In this document: piece by piece, positions 63,787-64,000 of the stretch
Numbering within the stretch: position 1 is the stretch's first letter
Layout of the letters: every line of letters starts with the position of its first letter
Source of the DNA: Hemiscyllium ocellatum
Lineage: Eukaryota
Direction: 5' to 3'
Assembly (NCBI RefSeq): GCF_020745735.1
Contig: NC_083446.1
Location: forward strand, 7,054,433-7,118,432
Length of the DNA stretch: 64,000 nt
The notes under the pieces: model-generated
Seen by the model: only the letters and a program-made list of their open reading frames with translations
What the model was told of the DNA's origin: nothing
The model's database searches: none
Program-made: the position numbers and the translations under genes

Positions 63787-64000
63787 ATGGCTCCGAAGGT
63801 GAAGAAGGAAGCTGTCCCTGCCAAAACGGAGGCTAAATCCAAGGCCTTGAAAGCAAAGAAGGCCATTTTGAAGGGAGTTCATAGTCACAGGCAGAAGAAA
63901 ATTAGGACAACACCTACCTTCAGGAGACCAAAGACACTCAGACTGAGAAGGCAACCCAAGTATCCCAGGAGGAGCAAATTGGACCATTATGCTATTGTTA
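63787..64000 (+). pseudogene. RPL23A: Processed RPL23A retrocopy (runs off the window)
   Basis: [60 protein letters not shown]; no introns across the expected junctions; 5-codon deletion in the PRKSAPRRN motif; embedded in an LTR. Confidence 0.88.

Noticed and set aside
1-64000. CRISPR arrays, rRNA or prokaryotic operons
   Set aside because: Vertebrate intron-containing DNA; no regularly spaced repeat-spacer arrays or rRNA similarity seen.

Overview
Vertebrate genomic DNA, almost certainly from a cartilaginous fish (shark): HE1 V-SINEs, HER1/CR1 LINEs, Deu-type SINEs and Penelope-like elements (PLEs) dominate. There are two convergent protein-coding genes. (1) A two-coding-exon prokineticin-receptor-family GPCR on + (23599-24053, 27180-27873; 382 aa). 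It diverges from PROKR1/2 and may be a third paralog. (2) RBM4/Lark on - (coding exons 58369-58265, 52797-52491, 48844-48270; 328 aa), with a 3'UTR exon, a YY1/CCAAT/GC-box promoter and a candidate 43-nt poison exon. A processed RPL23A copy starts inside a Gypsy LTR at the right edge. The most striking non-genic pattern is a set of miniature fold-back PLE derivatives from at least four families. Most carry minimal hammerhead-ribozyme cores (on both strands in the best copies), 10-15 bp target-site duplications (TSDs) and a 32-41 nt unpaired 3' tail. One copy extends its palindrome into host DNA and another is capped by telomeric repeats. Repeat boundaries are approximate and were read by eye.
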